Source: Zancudomyces culisetae HAW-14-8
Taxonomy: Eukaryota > Fungi > Kickxellomycota
Length of the DNA stretch: 64,000 nucleotides
Assembly: GCA_052426225.1 (NCBI GenBank)
Contig: JBNJNM010000012.1
Span: 806,001-870,000, forward strand
Reading direction: 5' to 3'
Position numbers and translations under genes: made by a program. Shown one piece after another: positions 1-13,991 of the stretch (its first letter is position 1; every line of letters starts with the position of its first letter). The notes below the pieces were generated by a model. That model saw only the letters and a list, made by a program, of their open reading frames with translations. It was not told the origin of the DNA and did no database searches.

Positions 1-521
1 GCTGTCTTTCCTCCAACACTTGAGTCCACCATTGCCAGTAATGAGGTCGGTAGCTGGATAAATCTCACTCCTCGCATAAACGTAGCCGCTACAAATCCCA
101 CCAAATCACCAATAACTCCACCACCCAAAGCCATAACAACGGTGTCTCTAGTACACCCTTCCTTCAACATCCAATCTTCAAGCTCAGCCTTGGTGCTTCG
201 GTTCTTTGACGATTCGCCAGGCTTGATAACAAGCGTCAGTAGCCTCGGTCGCTCTACGCTGCCACTTCCAGCAGTGCTCGCACCTTGGTCACCAGTTTTC
301 CCGTATTTGGCTTCAATAGCTTGGTTGAAGGTTTCTACATACTTTTTCATATGTAGGCGCTGCAAGTTGCTATCGGTAATCAACACAAACGTAGTTGAAT
401 ACGCCAAGTTGTTCAACAAGTCGTCCCAAATATAGCTGTGCATATTTCGACCCAAAATAATCGAGTCCTTGCCCAACACTGACACCTTTACCACTCCTTC
501 GTGGCCTTCTTCTTTTGTCAT
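1..521 (-). CDS. ARO1: Pentafunctional AROM polypeptide, N-terminal 3-dehydroquinate synthase domain (5' part; gene runs off the left edge)
   Basis: Manual translation from ATG at 521: [24 protein letters not shown]...FVLITDSNL...[74 protein letters not shown], which carries the DHQ synthase motifs. Not in the ORF track because it has no stop in the window. Confidence 0.95.
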   Translation of the reverse strand, partial: MTKEEGHEGVVKVSVLGKDSIILGRNMHSYIWDDLLNNLAYSTTFVLITDSNLQRLHMKKYVETFNQAIEAKYGKTGDQGASTAGSGSVERPRLLTLVIKPGESSKNRSTKAELEDWMLKEGCTRDTVVMALGGGVIGDLVGFVAATFMRGVRFIQLPTSLLAMVDSSVGGKT

Positions 522-1720
522 CCTCGCAAGTTGTTTGGATTTTGCCATTTTGCGCTTGTTTTCCTTTTTCCTTTTCTCTTTTTTTCTCTTGCTTCCAATA
601 GTTTTGTTTACTTTTTCAGATTTGTCCGTCCAACAACTAAAGATGAGCTTTTTCTCCTATATTTTTGTGTTTATAGACTGTTGTTGAGTTTACTAATTCT
701 ACAATTCAATTTCAACAATTTGTGTTTTGGTATTTTTAGTTTGTGGTTTAGGTTCAAGCTGTGTTTATAGTTGAATATTTTGTTCAAGTACCTAATTTCT
801 GACCCTTTTTTTCATTATGATTTTTTTTTTGGTTATTTGGATTTTATTGAATTGCTCGAAATTTATTGATTATCAAAAAATAATCTATTATTTTAACACA
901 TCCAGCTAATCACTGATCAGCTTAATCCTTGCCAAAACTAAGAAAAAAATCAGAATGAAAAGCGAATGAAATTGTCGAAATCGAACTTTTAATCCCCACT
1001 ATTTCTCTGGTTTCTCTTATTTTTCATTTTTTTATAAAACCTTTTTAGTCATTACCATTCTTTTGATGTAATAAAAATAATATTAAAAAATAGGTTATAG
1101 CTTAGTGATTCATTTTGTTTTCCAACTTGTCTATACTTATCTGCATCAAGATAAATCGCTACAAATCAGTAAGCTGATCAAAGTACCGCTACTTATTCAC
1201 ATTCTAATATCCACAAACACTTGATACCCCTCTAGTATTCACAATGTATTCTTTTCTATCCTTTTTTCAGATGAATACTTTTATCTGCGGTTTAGGATCA
1301 TACCATACAAAACAATCTAGCTTTTCTTGATCTACTAAACTCAAGTTCGAATCATGTCGTTTTAGAATTTAATCTAAAGCCAAGAAAAGGAGCGGTTAAA
1401 CTAGCGTTGAATTGACCCTTGGTTGTAAACAGTGTTATTGTTCTCTGTTATACCCTCTAAGCTCTTGATCCACTTCCCAAGATCCAGCTTGAACTTTTAA
1501 ATCCAGACTTCAAAGACAAACATAAATATAAGAATAATCCATTACATATCTATAAAACACAAATAAAAGTATTCATAAAAAAAAACCCCACTCAGCATTC
1601 AAACAATAAAATAATTAAACAAATATAAACACCAAATCCTGAATGAAAAAAGAATAAAGCACAAAAAATATGAGTTTAGGTAGAAAAGTGGGAAAAAGTG
1701 ATGAAGGAGTGATAAATAAA

Positions 1721-2794
1721 CTACATTTCGCCACACTCCGAAATCACAACCGGAAGCTTGGGCCGGTTGTTCGGGCCAGTTGGGACATTTTCGATTTTGC
1801 GGAGTGTAACAAGACTGGTGCCATCATCCACAAGTTTACCAAAGACCACATGTTTACGATCCAAAAAATCGCATTTCTGGCAAGTAATAAAAAACTGACA
1901 GCCGTTCGTGTTCGGTCCGCTGTTAGCCATGGATAACAGCCCGGGACCGCTATGGCCTAGAGAAAAGTTTTCGTCGTCAAATTGGCGGCCACCATAAATT
2001 GATAGGAGACCTGTACCATCGCCCTGGATTGTAGAGAAATGGAGAGTGTATATAGTATTGGTTAATGTGGTTTTTTTTTTTTGCAAGGTGGTGGGGAGGG
2101 GGTTAAGTCTATAGTTTGAACGGGTTTGAAATTGGTAAAAGAATCCTAGAATACAATACTTACCTTTACAAAATCACCTCCTTGTACCATAAAATCCTTG
2201 ATTATTCTAATGTTGTTTATCATGGGTTTGAACGCATTTGAAAAAAAAGAAAAAGTCATCATACATACACAAGTGGCACGAATGAAAAAAGAATGCACCA
2301 AAGGGGAGGTGGCGAATATACTTACCTATGGAAAGTGGCATTTTTATAGCCAACAGGTTTTCCGTCGATTCTATTGTGTAAAAAAAAGGTATTTCGCCTG
2401 CTGTTTAAGTCTTTGATCCGATTACCACCACAAAGAGGTAACTTCAAAAGAGCTATTGAACGTGTCACTTACTTGTATTCTCCAGTGCATAATTGTCTAT
2501 ATTATGTATTGTACAATCCAGACCCATGATTAGATTTAAAGCGTAATTGAGTAAATTGTATCGGGCAAAGAAAAAATATATTCTGATACTATCTAAGTAC
2601 GTTCTTCAAGGGAAAAAAAAAGAAGGGAAGAAAAAAAGAAAGAGGGAGGAGAGAGGAGGGAGGGCTTACCTGAAATTTTCGGCGGTTTTGGGGACAACAT
2701 TGGCAAACAGCTCCATTTTGATACGACCGACATTTTTACCAGCAATGGTGATATCGAAAAAGACGATAGGATTTGGAGCAACTTCTTTACTCAT
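1721..2794 (-). CDS. PPIH: Peptidyl-prolyl isomerase, cyclophilin H type (U4/U6 snRNP-associated); 5 exons, 179 aa
   Basis: Exons 2794-2670, 2496-2473, 2370-2326, 2206-2164 and 2023-1721 join in frame with GT..AG ends (540 nt): [110 protein letters not shown]. Confidence 0.93.
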
Positions 2795-3473
2795 TATTGC
2801 AAATGATGGAACGGGGAATAAAAAATAAAAAAGGCAAAGTATCAAATTGAAATTAGGAATCTCTTTTTATACTCGGTTTTATTCTAGTTGGTGTTATATT
2901 TTAGTGGGTGTGTATATAAATTAGAGTTTTTGTAGTGGTTTTTTTATTTTTTGGAGGAGGAGGGCGGGGAGTATGGCGGGGAGTATGGCGGGGGGAGGGG
3001 GAGTAGGAAGGAGAGAGAAATTTGGCTGATTCTTTTTTTTTTTATCAGGCGAAAATGGAAATGGAATAAGAGTAGAAATATTCAAAGAGAAGGTTGGACA
3101 AATAACCATAAAACTAAACAAAAAAAAAAATAATGGCAAAAATTATTCGAAATACATGTCAAAATAAAATGTAGCTGAATAAATAAAAAAAGGATAAAAG
3201 TTTGTGGAGGGGGGAGTTAAACGGATCTGTTATTGCATCGTATTGTTTTGTTTTTGCATTTGCGCTATTATTGTGTGATTTGTGGTTTGTTTAGAATGTT
3301 ATAGCTAAGTGGGTTTATTGGAATTATTTCGTGAAATCATTAACAATCAATATTATATTTAATAATTGAAGGAGCAAGAGTCCCCCCCCATTTTTATATA
3401 TATATTATATTTTGTTTATTGCAGTATAAATAACGGTTCAAGAGTCTGGAATTCGGTATATAGTTATACAATA

Positions 3474-4910
3474 ATGAGTGTGGTTAATATTACAAATATC
3501 CGCGTTTTGGAAAAGCGGGTGCATTTCCAGGAACCTTATAGATTCGAAATTACTTTTGAATGTTTATCCGAACTGAGTGATGGTAAGAACTAGCCTCATT
3601 AGCACCATTGTATTATATATAGTATAGTTTTATATCAAATTCTTTTCTTTTTTTTACTTTTCTTTTTAAAAGTAAAAAAGAGCGGGAGAAGAAAATCTAG
3701 TAGTACTAATTGATGGGTATAAACAAAATAGATTTGGAATTCAAATTGATATATGTCGGTTCGGCTGAAAACGAAAAATTAGATCAGGAGCTGGATTCTC
3801 TGCTTGTGGGACCGGTTCCAGTAGGCGTAAACAAATTTGTCTTTGAGGTAAAGTACTTTTTTTTTTACTGGTTAATGTATAAATTATTTTACACTGTAAA
3901 GCTTTCCAAGACAAGGTTTATATTTATGGATTACATCAGACTATCCCCCTAACTCTCTCCCTTTCCCTCTTCCTCCACTTCTACCTTTGTTTTCTTATTT
4001 TTTGGGATACCACTTGTCACTTGTCACTTGATACTTTTACAATTGGAAATATTTGTAACTAGCATAAAAGTTTAATTTTAAAATTTTGTTAATAATGTAA
4101 AATACGAATAGGCAGAGAGTCCTGATATCAGTTTGATTCCCGAGAATGAATTGCTGGGACTGACCGTTATATTGTTGACATGTAGCTATAAGGGCAAGGA
4201 ATTTGTACGAGTTGGGTATTACGTAAACAATGAGTATTTTGAGGATCAGGAGCTTAAAGAAAACCCACCAGAGCAGCCAGTACTTGAAAAGATATTCCGC
4301 GAGTTGTTGGCAGAAAAGCCGCGGGTTACACGGTTTCCAATTAACTGGTAAGTTTTATGGAGTTGGGAGTAGAAATGTGAATAATATGAGGAGAAAGCGG
4401 TTAAAGGGAGCAAATAAATAAATGATTTATGTGTAACAATGTAGGGATAATCCAGAGGTGGATGAAAGTCTCAAGGCTGCAGAAGCAGAAGCTGAGACAC
4501 GAGAAGGGGAGGAAGAGGATATGGAGGGGCTAGAAGAGGGTGTAGATGGGGAAGAAGAAGAAGAGGAGGAAGGAGAGGAAGGAGAGGAAGGAGAGGGGGC
4601 TGATGAAGGAGTGGAGGTAGCTGAAAAAGATGGATCAAAGAACCAGGGTGAGGATGGAGAAGATGAGGAGGATGAGGAAGATGCGGAAGAGGATAATGGT
4701 GCTGAAAGTGAAGAGTTGATGGATGAAGAAATTGAAGAAGAAGAGGAGGAGGAGGATGATGATGAGGTATTAGAGGAGGAGGAGGAGGAAGAGGAAGAAG
4801 AAGAGGAAGAAAATGGGGATCAAGGTGTTAGTGGAGAAATTGATGAAAAACTAACAGATGAAACAAAACAAGAAAAGGAAAAGAAAGAGGAAGCAATGCA
4901 AGTAGAGTGA
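3474..4910 (+). CDS. ASF1: Histone H3/H4 chaperone ASF1 with long Glu/Asp-rich C-terminal tail; 4 exons
   Basis: [92 protein letters not shown], split by GT-AG introns near 3583, 3848 and 4348, then the acidic tail ORF 4458-4910. Confidence 0.96.
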
Positions 4911-5212
4911 AAATTAAATAAATAAAGATATAGACAGAAGCTTCCATTTTTAGTTTTGAATTATAGCTTTTATGTTTTAGCTTTTAGGTTTTATGTTTAT
5001 ATTTATATTTAATGGTAGAAAAGAAATTGGGAGAGGAGATGGATTGTAAAAAATAGGTTTATAATAATAAAGTATATTAAAGTATAAATAGATTGATAGA
5101 TAGATAATTAGATATATTGAAGAGCTAAAAAGAGTAACTGAGAAAGGAGAAAAATGGAAAAATGGGGGGAAAGAAAAACCTAAACTAGAAAATAGGATTA
5201 GATTAGATTAGA

Positions 5213-8200
5213 TTAAATAACGTCAGAATCAAATGATGAAAACTCAAATGTATCAACAACACGACGACTCTCGCTGTTACCATCCATAGAAACCGTTTCC
5301 AAGTCAAACGACAGGCGAAGGCGCAGCCTGATAGGTACACGGGAAGGGTTTGCAATCTTGATGGCCTGGGTAACAACTGAAGATGGAGATGACGAGTCTA
5401 GTGCATTGGCGGATGGAGGAAACATTTGTAGTTTTTGGGATTTGGGCACAGCAGCCTGGAATACCAAATTTGAGATTTTTGTAGTGGTAGTGGTAGAGGA
5501 ATTGGAATCAAGAGCAAAAGTTACAAGAATGTCGATGGAAGTATCTGATGGAGATTGTTTTGAGGGCAGCATATGGACAGTGAGATGGTTTTTGGAATAA
5601 ATCGAATACCGCTTGTTTACAGGGATCGGGTCATCATGAGAAGCAGCGAGAGTGTCAGCAATGTTATTGGCAGAAGCAGTGTTTCCAAGGCCAAAGATGT
5701 TGTTGTTGGATATGGTAGAGGTGGTTGGGGCAGAGTGTGGGTTTGGAGAAGAGATTGGAAGAGGAGATTGGGTTGTTGTTGTTGGTTGGTGTGAGGCGAG
5801 TGAAAACAAGTCACGATGAACAGCATTTGTTGTTGTTAATGGTGATTTTGTTGTTGTTGTTGGTTGTATTGAAGATGAGACGTGGGCAGATTGAGTAGCA
5901 TTGACATTGAGTGATGACAAATCAGACAACAAATCGGCAAGAGGGTTTTGGGGCTGGGAAGCGGAAGAAGATATGGGCGCAGTGGTGGTCATCAGCCCCA
6001 GCAAATCATCAACTACAGACGTGTGCTTATCCCTGTGGGTGCGACTGCTTTCTTCAGAAGACAGAGGCGACAACTCGCCGTCCACACCAACATGCTGGGC
6101 ATCAGCAATCGACCCCAACGTGCCCAGCACTGGATTCAAAATGTTCGCAGTCAGTTTTGGCATCTGTGCTTTGGGCGGCGGCATACGCTCAACCACCCGC
6201 TGCACCACATCATTTTCACCATGGTTGTCAAGCATAGACCGGTACTGCAGCGCCCGTGTTTGGTTTTCGACGTTGAAATCCTTGGTGTGGACAACAAACG
6301 TGTCTACTATTTGCCCACGCACTGATGCGGCTCCCAGCCCACGACCTTGCAACTTGGCTAGCGAAGTAAGCGCCAGGGACGATGCTGGTGCTGGTCCGTT
6401 GCCGATCTGCTGTAACACTTCAACGATCTGTGCAATTTGTGGCGTTTCCAGCATCAGAGGTTCAACCGATCCCAACATAAACGCGTTTACATCATCTGCC
6501 GCCAAGAACGATGTCCCTGCCGACTCTGATACTAAATCGCCATACTCTCCCAACAGCCACGTTGCTGCCAATACAAATTTGTCGTCGCCGCTAAGCCCAC
6601 GGCTACCTCCCAGCACATCAAGTCTTCGCACCAACCCGGCATATCCTACGCGCGCTGCATATGCCTGCGATCCATCGCTGCTATCCCTGCTAGCTACATC
6701 GTTGATAAGCCGGAACATGTCCTCATCCATGACATCTGTGCCTGCTAGATACAGCGTTTGCAACATTGTCTCCAGCGCCCATTTTGGCGAGGGCGCAAAT
6801 ACTGCTGCTACAGCAAATAACTTGTGAGTCATTCCTGCTCGTAGTTCAGCATCAACCGTAGGCAGCATTGCTATCAGCTTGGCTGTCAGCTTTTGCACAT
6901 TGTTTCTACCAATCAGTGCAAACGTCAAATCCAACGCCAATCGTCGAATACTCACATCGTCGTCCTGCAAACACTGCACAACCGTCGCTTGCACTCTCTG
7001 TACGGCTGTTGCTTCTGTTGCAACTGCCTGCTGCAACATCGTTAGCGCCACATACCGCACATTGTTCTCTCGATGCTCCAAAAACTTGCCCAACAAATTG
7101 ATTGCCAGCACTCGCAGTGACTTTTCCGATGGCACTGCCAGAACCACTCGCACGCATTCGTACAACACCGCCGTTCCTACATTTTTACTCTCTTCTGTTT
7201 GCGTCAGAACCTGCGTCAATACATCGTTGATTTCCTCTGCAACTCGTTCCGAATTTGTCCCAAGCACCCTCAATAGCCGCAACAATCCTACCTGCAAAAA
7301 CGGATCGTTGAGTCCGCCAACATCGTACTCAACCGCTCCTGCTCCCAACAACCCCCGCAACTGCCGCACTATTATCGGCACCAACTTGCGCACCTTTTCT
7401 AAATGCTCTGGTTCCTGCTGCAAGATCTCAACCACTATCGCTGTTATTCCCAGCTGCACCCCATGGCTCTTGTCTCCCAACAACTGTCGTGCCCGGTTCA
7501 AAAACAATTCGCGACTTTCTGGTACTCGGTGTACCAATCGGAGTCCCGTAAGCACCGCTTTCTTGCGAATAAACGACCGCGACGATCCGATCAGTCTCAA
7601 CACATCATCTATCAAGTCTCGCGCTATTTCCTCGGTCCCCAGAACCGACAGTGTACACAGTGCAAGTGCAACTATATAGTCGTCTGTACTCTGTAAATCG
7701 CTATTATTTCCAATACCAGTTATTATTATTCCGGCTTCTCTTCTTTTTATTTATTTCTTTTTATTTATTTATTCTTTTTACTATTTCATCATAATTATTA
7801 AACCTACTTACTTTTTCACACAATTTGTCAACAGGGTAATAATCTCGTTCTTTTCGTCCATCAACATCATCACTCCAAGATATCCCACTCGCTTGTCAGA
7901 ATATCGGCTGCTGGCCACCAACTTCAGACACTCCAACTGTCCAAACTGCACCGGGTACCCCAGCAAATATATATACAGCAGCTTTTGGATGTTGGTGAAC
8001 CGCACATCTTGCGAATTCGTCTCTTTCAACGATGTTCTGACGTATGCAAGTTCTTTCTGTATCACCGAGCGCTCATCAGCTGCTGTTCGAGCACATCTAA
8101 CCGCTCTTATCAAATCTACATTTATTCATATTTACTCTTAGTTGTTATAAAAATGCTCCAGTATTGTCTAAATTTCTTTTTTTTTTTTTTTTGGAAAGAT

Positions 8201-8243
8201 TGTTGTTATGGTATAGTAAATTACCTCGTAACCTCAAATACAT
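5213..8243 (-). CDS. APL4: AP-1 adaptor complex gamma subunit; 3 exons
   Basis: Micro-exon ATG at 8243 (MYLRLR) joins [42 protein letters not shown]; the trunk has [47 protein letters not shown]; a Ser/Thr hinge precedes the ear domain [13 protein letters not shown]. Confidence 0.95.
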
Positions 8244-9126
8244 TTATAGTTTTTTATTTTTTATTTTTATTTTGGTTTGTTTTGAATTTAATTATATATA
8301 TATAATATATTTCAAAGAGCTGGATATATAAAGCCCCGAGTTAGGTTATGCTTCCTTTCTATGCTCTTGTCGTTCTTGTTGGAAATTGAAATGTTCGATT
8401 TTCTCCTCTAATACCTCCCCTCTTTTCCTTTCTCTTTTCTCTTTTCTATTTACTCCTTTTTTTTATAAAGCTATTCCTATTTCCGAGTTTGACTATGCTT
8501 TCTATTCTTTACCTACACATTCGATTTCAATATATAATTTGGGTTTTTTTATATTCAAAGTGGAATTAGCCTGTGAAATATATCCCAAGAATGCATGTAA
8601 ACCAAATTAATATAATTGCTGGAAAATAATCCCAGTTAATTTTTCCTTGTTTAACATCCCATTTGTTTTGCTTTTTTTTTTCCTCCCATTCGTGATTTAC
8701 AAGTTATTTTTTCTTTTTCTTTTTCTTTCTATTATCATGGCATTTTCCGCTAATTGTGTATTTTTTTATATTTCAAATGTAGTCTCTACAATTTTATACT
8801 CTTTATCTTATAATTGGTCTACCCAAATTCAAACTCAAAAGTTTTGAAATCACTCTATTTTAGCGTAATTTAAATACAACCAAACCCAACATGGACAAAA
8901 CTCTAAACTTTGGTTAATCAGTTTTTATTTTCACACACGCACACACACCCGCTGTTCATAGAAGAGGTTTAGTTCACCCTCATTATTTTATTACCTTGGT
9001 CATAAAAAAGCACACATTAACTGCAGACATGTAATCAAATACTCATAATAATTGTAAAAAAACAAAAACAAAAACAAAAGCACAAGTAGTCATATAAATA
9101 AAAGTTAAAAAAATGCCTCATCAACC

Positions 9127-11233
9127 TTAGTTCTTAAGAGCTACTGCCATCAACGACCCAACAAATGTCAGTATCATCTTGGGCTTAACCTCCGCAATAT
9201 CATCAGGTAACAAGAATATAGTTGCACCCAGCTTACGAGCAATCGAAATCGCATACTTTGAATTCAGCTTGATGTCCTCATCTGTTACGCCCATTGTAAC
9301 CAGTGCTGGATCCACTATTCCAGGCTTCATTCCGTCCAACACATCCAGCAGGAACCGTCCCGTCTTCAGCTGTGAATCGCTAAACGACCGAATCGGGTTT
9401 GGCGAAAACCGAGGCACATGCTTGCCTGCTGTGCTGTTCGCCCAGTTAACCAAATCCACATCTGTCATCTCGCGACCGCCGCCATGAGACAATGATGAAA
9501 GTGTCTGTATGATGTTTGCCCGCATCAACTGCCACACATACGCCAGAATCAGCAGTGGTACACCATCGGTTATATCCGCACCCTGAATTCCTACCAGTGA
9601 AAATCGGTGTGCCTTCCCCAGCTCCACAAGATAGTTCGTGTTTTCTATCTGTTTAAACCGTGAAATGTTATCGCCTTTATTTACTCGTCGCTGTTGGATT
9701 GAGTTTGGATACACCTTCTCAAACGCCTGAAGCAATATTCTTCCATCCTTTACATCCTCAAACAAGTAGTTGACAAACGGATCGACGTTCAAACTGTTTA
9801 GCCACAAACTGAATGCTCTCGATTCACGATCATACATATCCTTAAACAGATACTCATCCAGCTCTGCATGCTCACCTCCTTCCTCAAGTGCTTCCAAGCA
9901 CGGGTATGTATTGAACAATACCGCAACAAACGCCAAATTCAACTTGGGGTTCCCATTAACCACTGTCTTTGCCGACACATATCGTCGACACCCGATCGCA
10001 TCCGCTCCCTCCAGCATCGCCTCTGCCCTCTGTGTCAAATCCCCAATACTCATCGCAGATGTTTTACACACATCTGGTCTCAACTGGTTAAGTAACACGA
10101 TATAGTTTTCACTATCCTTAATATCCGTACTGAAATTGGACACTCTACGATGCCACCCTGCTGCCTTCAAGTGGTAATTGAACCATCTCAACAGTATTGC
10201 GTCTGCTGGAAGTTTTAAAAAGCTTTCCAAAGTCTCGTCCTCCTCCAACAACCGGTAGAGCTCTGGGTGGAGCTTAATATCAATATTCGAAAACAGCCCT
10301 ATTTTAATGATCTGCCATATCAATCCCAGTATAAGATGCTCTCGACCCTCCGCAATATCCTCGGATCCAATATTGACCACGCTACAGCCGATAGCCTTGG
10401 CTGAGTTTACCACTACGTTGTTGTTTTCTGTTATCTGGAACGGTGATAGTTTCTTTTTGCGATTGAGTACACGTTCATCAATTGTATCTGGAGCTGAATA
10501 GTTTATCAGTTTTGAAAGAATAAGTCCATCCCGACACTCATCAAACAATTGCATTGTCTTTGGCTCAATCGGTAAACGGTATCCTATATCTGAATCTCCT
10601 GCTAGTGCAAAATTGATATGGTTTGTAAATTCTTCTTTTTCATCCTCATTAATTGTGTGTGCTGAGCTCTCATTCTGTTTCGACGTAATAATTGTCCTCT
10701 TTGCTACTCCTCCCCTCCCTTGTGGGATCACTCCTATCCCACCGTGTGGCTCCACGCTTCTTCCCTTGTTTCCTCCTTTGAGTTTTGCTACTAACTCCAC
10801 AAATTCATCCAATTCGACTACTCCTGGCCTGCTCACTTCTATATCTTTTAGTGCACCTCGAATTTCATCATACGAGTGTCCTGGATCGATATTGTCAAAT
10901 GCTCTTACTAGGTTTCTCTGATCCAGACCTCCGTTATTGTCTAAATCAAATTCGCTATTTTTTTATACATATTATTTGGTCCTTGTTAGTATTTATACTC
11001 CTATGTAGAAATCTAAACCTTTACGATTTACTTCCTCTCTTCTCCTCCTATTTCTCCTCCATCCCCACTCTTCATAATATAAGAACTAATAATTTAGAGT
11101 CAACAATAAAACACAAAGTTGCCCTTGTATTAAATATATGTTTCACCTACCTAAACTTCTTGATAATTTCCTCTATATCCCACGGCTTGAGCGTCGGATT
11201 TCTTTTTGCTAATCTCTGTACCTCAAGTGACAT
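9127..11233 (-). CDS. SAC6: Fimbrin (EF-hand plus four calponin-homology domains); 2 exons
   Basis: Exon 1 from ATG 11233 (MSLEVQRLAKRNPTL..), then EF-hand FDLDNNGGLD; HTINEDEKEEFTNHIN, DGLILSKLIN..PDTIDERVLN, SAKAIGCSVVNIG, HLILGLIWQIIKIGL, ILLRWFNYHL, KYAISIARKLGATIFLLPDDI. Confidence 0.96.
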
Positions 11234-12530
11234 TATGAATTTCCTTTATTTACTCTTGCTAATCTAATCTTGCTCCTTGATAATATAAATGTCCGTTTTT
11301 TTGTTCTTTTGAAATATATTTTCGTATTTGCGTTTTCTTGTCTTCCTTTTAGAAAAGACTAAAAAGGTGGAAATTAATAGAACCCCCCAAAATCTAACCA
11401 AGTTTTCAAAAGCACTCATAAAAACCAATCGGCAATCAGCAAATTTGGTATTTGTTTGCTTTTTTTTTAGCTTTACTGTTTCTCCTATTTTCAATCTCCA
11501 CTATTTGTTTCGCCTTTATTATTGCAAATTTTGTGATTAAACTAATTTGATGAAAATATAGGCGGCTAAACAAGAGTGGGTAAAAAATAGCAAATTATAA
11601 ACTCTCCTCAAAGAAAACGAATAGATTTCATGCTTGGCTTTTGATATTGACTTTCCCAGTCCGACTTGGTTTTTTTACCTGCTTTTTTCTTTGCGGCAAA
11701 GAATCCCATTAGGTTTACACCAACTCGCTCATTTTCACTGCAATTTCGAAATATTTAGCTATAAAAGTCATCATGAAACACTTTGGCACTATGCAGTTAC
11801 AAAACCAGATATACACCAAGAACAGTCTTATCAAATCACTTTGATATATGCGTTTTTATTTCTTCTCCTACATAACTCCCCATTCCCAATCCTCAAGCCC
11901 CAAGTCCTATTACACCACCACCTCCATTTCAATTCATGATTAAAACCAAGTACTTCTTATTTACTCAATATTCTGCCATTTTTGCCTAATTTTTTCAATA
12001 CTACCAACAAAATCTCAGTTCAAAAAGTTAAAAATAATAATACAGTAATAATACTTTAAATAATCATCTTCCAAGTCATGTCTATGTTCCCACGACTCGG
12101 GTTTAGTTTTGCTTTTATGTGTTTCATACGATTAGTTTGTCGTTTTCTTTGTCTACGTACCTGGAATTGATCTACTTTACCAACTTTATGCTCGGCAAAA
12201 TCCGTAGTTCCTTAAAATAATTCTCTGCAAATTTGCCTTCAAAACACGTTTTTTCTTTGCACACAGATAAACAAACACAAATATGTCTTGCTGAGTCAAC
12301 ACACATCTAATTAATGCCAAGACCGGCATTATAACTAATAATTTACGGTATCATAAAACTAATTAGTAAACTTTAGCTTGTATGTGGTACAATATTTGTT
12401 TCTATGGGTCTCAATGCCTTGACAAAACGATAATACACACGTATATTCTTTCATTTTCGAGTGTGGCGCAATAATTTAAAAATACCAAGGGTCTAGCATA
12501 TATGAACAGACATAATCATAGATGAGAGTT

Positions 12531-13991
12531 CTAACATCTTCTCATCTTAAGAATCCGGTATCCTCTTCCCCTGAATTCCTCCCGTATAACTTTTTCTGGA
12601 ATCTATATATGTTTTTTCAGCAAGTACACAAAGTCAAAACTAATTATTAGTCTCAATCCCAGCAAAAAGAATGAATACATGAATCTATTTATACATTTAT
12701 TTTCTATGTACTTACTTGGTGGATAAGAAATCCCCTCAACCTTGCTTTTTCTATAAATTCATCTTCGCCCAATCCTCTTGGATAATATGAAAGATAAATA
12801 AGTGTGTTTTTCGTGCTGAAGCACTCCAGAGTATCCAGCAAGCACTCGTGAACCTCTTTAAGGTATATAATCTCAGATCCAAAGATATAATCAATTCCGC
12901 ACCTGTCAAGCACTTTGTTTTCTTGACCCCTATTATATTCATTGTCCGTTGTTTTGTATAACTTTCCCATAACCAGTAATCAACGTTGATAAAAAAAATA
13001 CATATATTATCCAACCAACCCAAGTTTGTAACACAACATATATGCATTTGAAAATTTAGTACTCAAGGTCTCTTTTTTTAATACAACACTATCTTCTACC
13101 ATTTAAGACTTACCACTCCAACCCCAATGCCTTTATTGAGCCCCGATTTTCCTTCTCAGAACATTGTAAATGCGCATTTGCGCAAATGTTTCTTTTCAAC
13201 AGATCCAGGTGTTGCTCCAAGTCAGTCGCAACCACCTCTCCGCCTATTCGCACGTGTTTGCAATTAGCAACATTTATTCGATAAGAAATGCATATAGGAC
13301 ACAATATAAGCACTCATCACAATAAAACATGCCCAAACAGCCAGGATAAATGAAAAATATATATATAATGCAGCTGCTAACCTTTCAACCACGCAGCTAT
13401 TGACACCAAGCCACATCCCGATCCTAGCTCTAGACATGATTTTCCGGTCAATTCAAGGTATGCTTGAATAAACTCGCTTAGGATTACACTCTATCGCCAC
13501 AGTCACTTTAATTTTAGTACAACAGCCTTTTTTTGGTGAGGGGGTGGAAGGAGTAGTTTGAATTAATTGCTGTATATGCTTGGGAGAAAATATACCAATA
13601 AATAGAAACAATAAATAGTAAATACCGCATCCCAGATTATTGTTCCTGTGTTTCTATGCAAATCCCTTTCACGTTGCACTTCCTGGTGTATTGTTACTAT
13701 TGTTATTTATTTTTTTAAAAATTTTGTGCAAGGTATTACCAATATATGAAAGAAATAAAATAACAGTTAACCAACTTTGACGCGGCAACCAAGTATGATA
13801 ATACGTGTATAAATTCGTATTTATCCTCATAACTGTATACACCATACAAAAAAAAAGAAATGTATTTTACCTTGATTCGATCCAAGTATAAAGGTCCGGC
13901 AATCCAAAGTACGGTTATCAATATATGGATTGGAGTATTTGTACAAAACCAAGCTGCTTTGCTCGTGTTTACTATTGTTGTTCTCGTTCAT
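12531..13991 (-). CDS. Seven-beta-strand protein-lysine methyltransferase, METTL21/EFM family; about 6 exons
   Basis: Joined exons read ..RNTGTIIWDA|SVILSEF..GKSCLELGSGCGLVSIAA..GGEVVATDLEQHLDLLKRNI..ALGLEWG..DYIFGSEIIY..LLDTL..IYLSYYPRG..F. WD, LELGSGCG, ATD, LxWG and GSEIIY are family motifs. Confidence 0.88.

Noticed and set aside
4458-4910. Very acidic 150-aa ORF as a separate gene or novelty
   Set aside because: It is the last ASF1 exon; acidic tails are normal in fungal ASF1.
5901-7679. Long plus-strand ORFs (308 aa and 266 aa) opposite AP-1 gamma, and similar antisense ORFs over fimbrin, the SSS transporter, ELP1 and ECM29
   Set aside because: Shadow frames of real genes caused by codon bias; no recognisable motifs.
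11600-12500. Possible small gene between fimbrin and the methyltransferase
   Set aside because: A GTACGT donor-like site exists on the minus strand, but I could not build a consistent reading frame.
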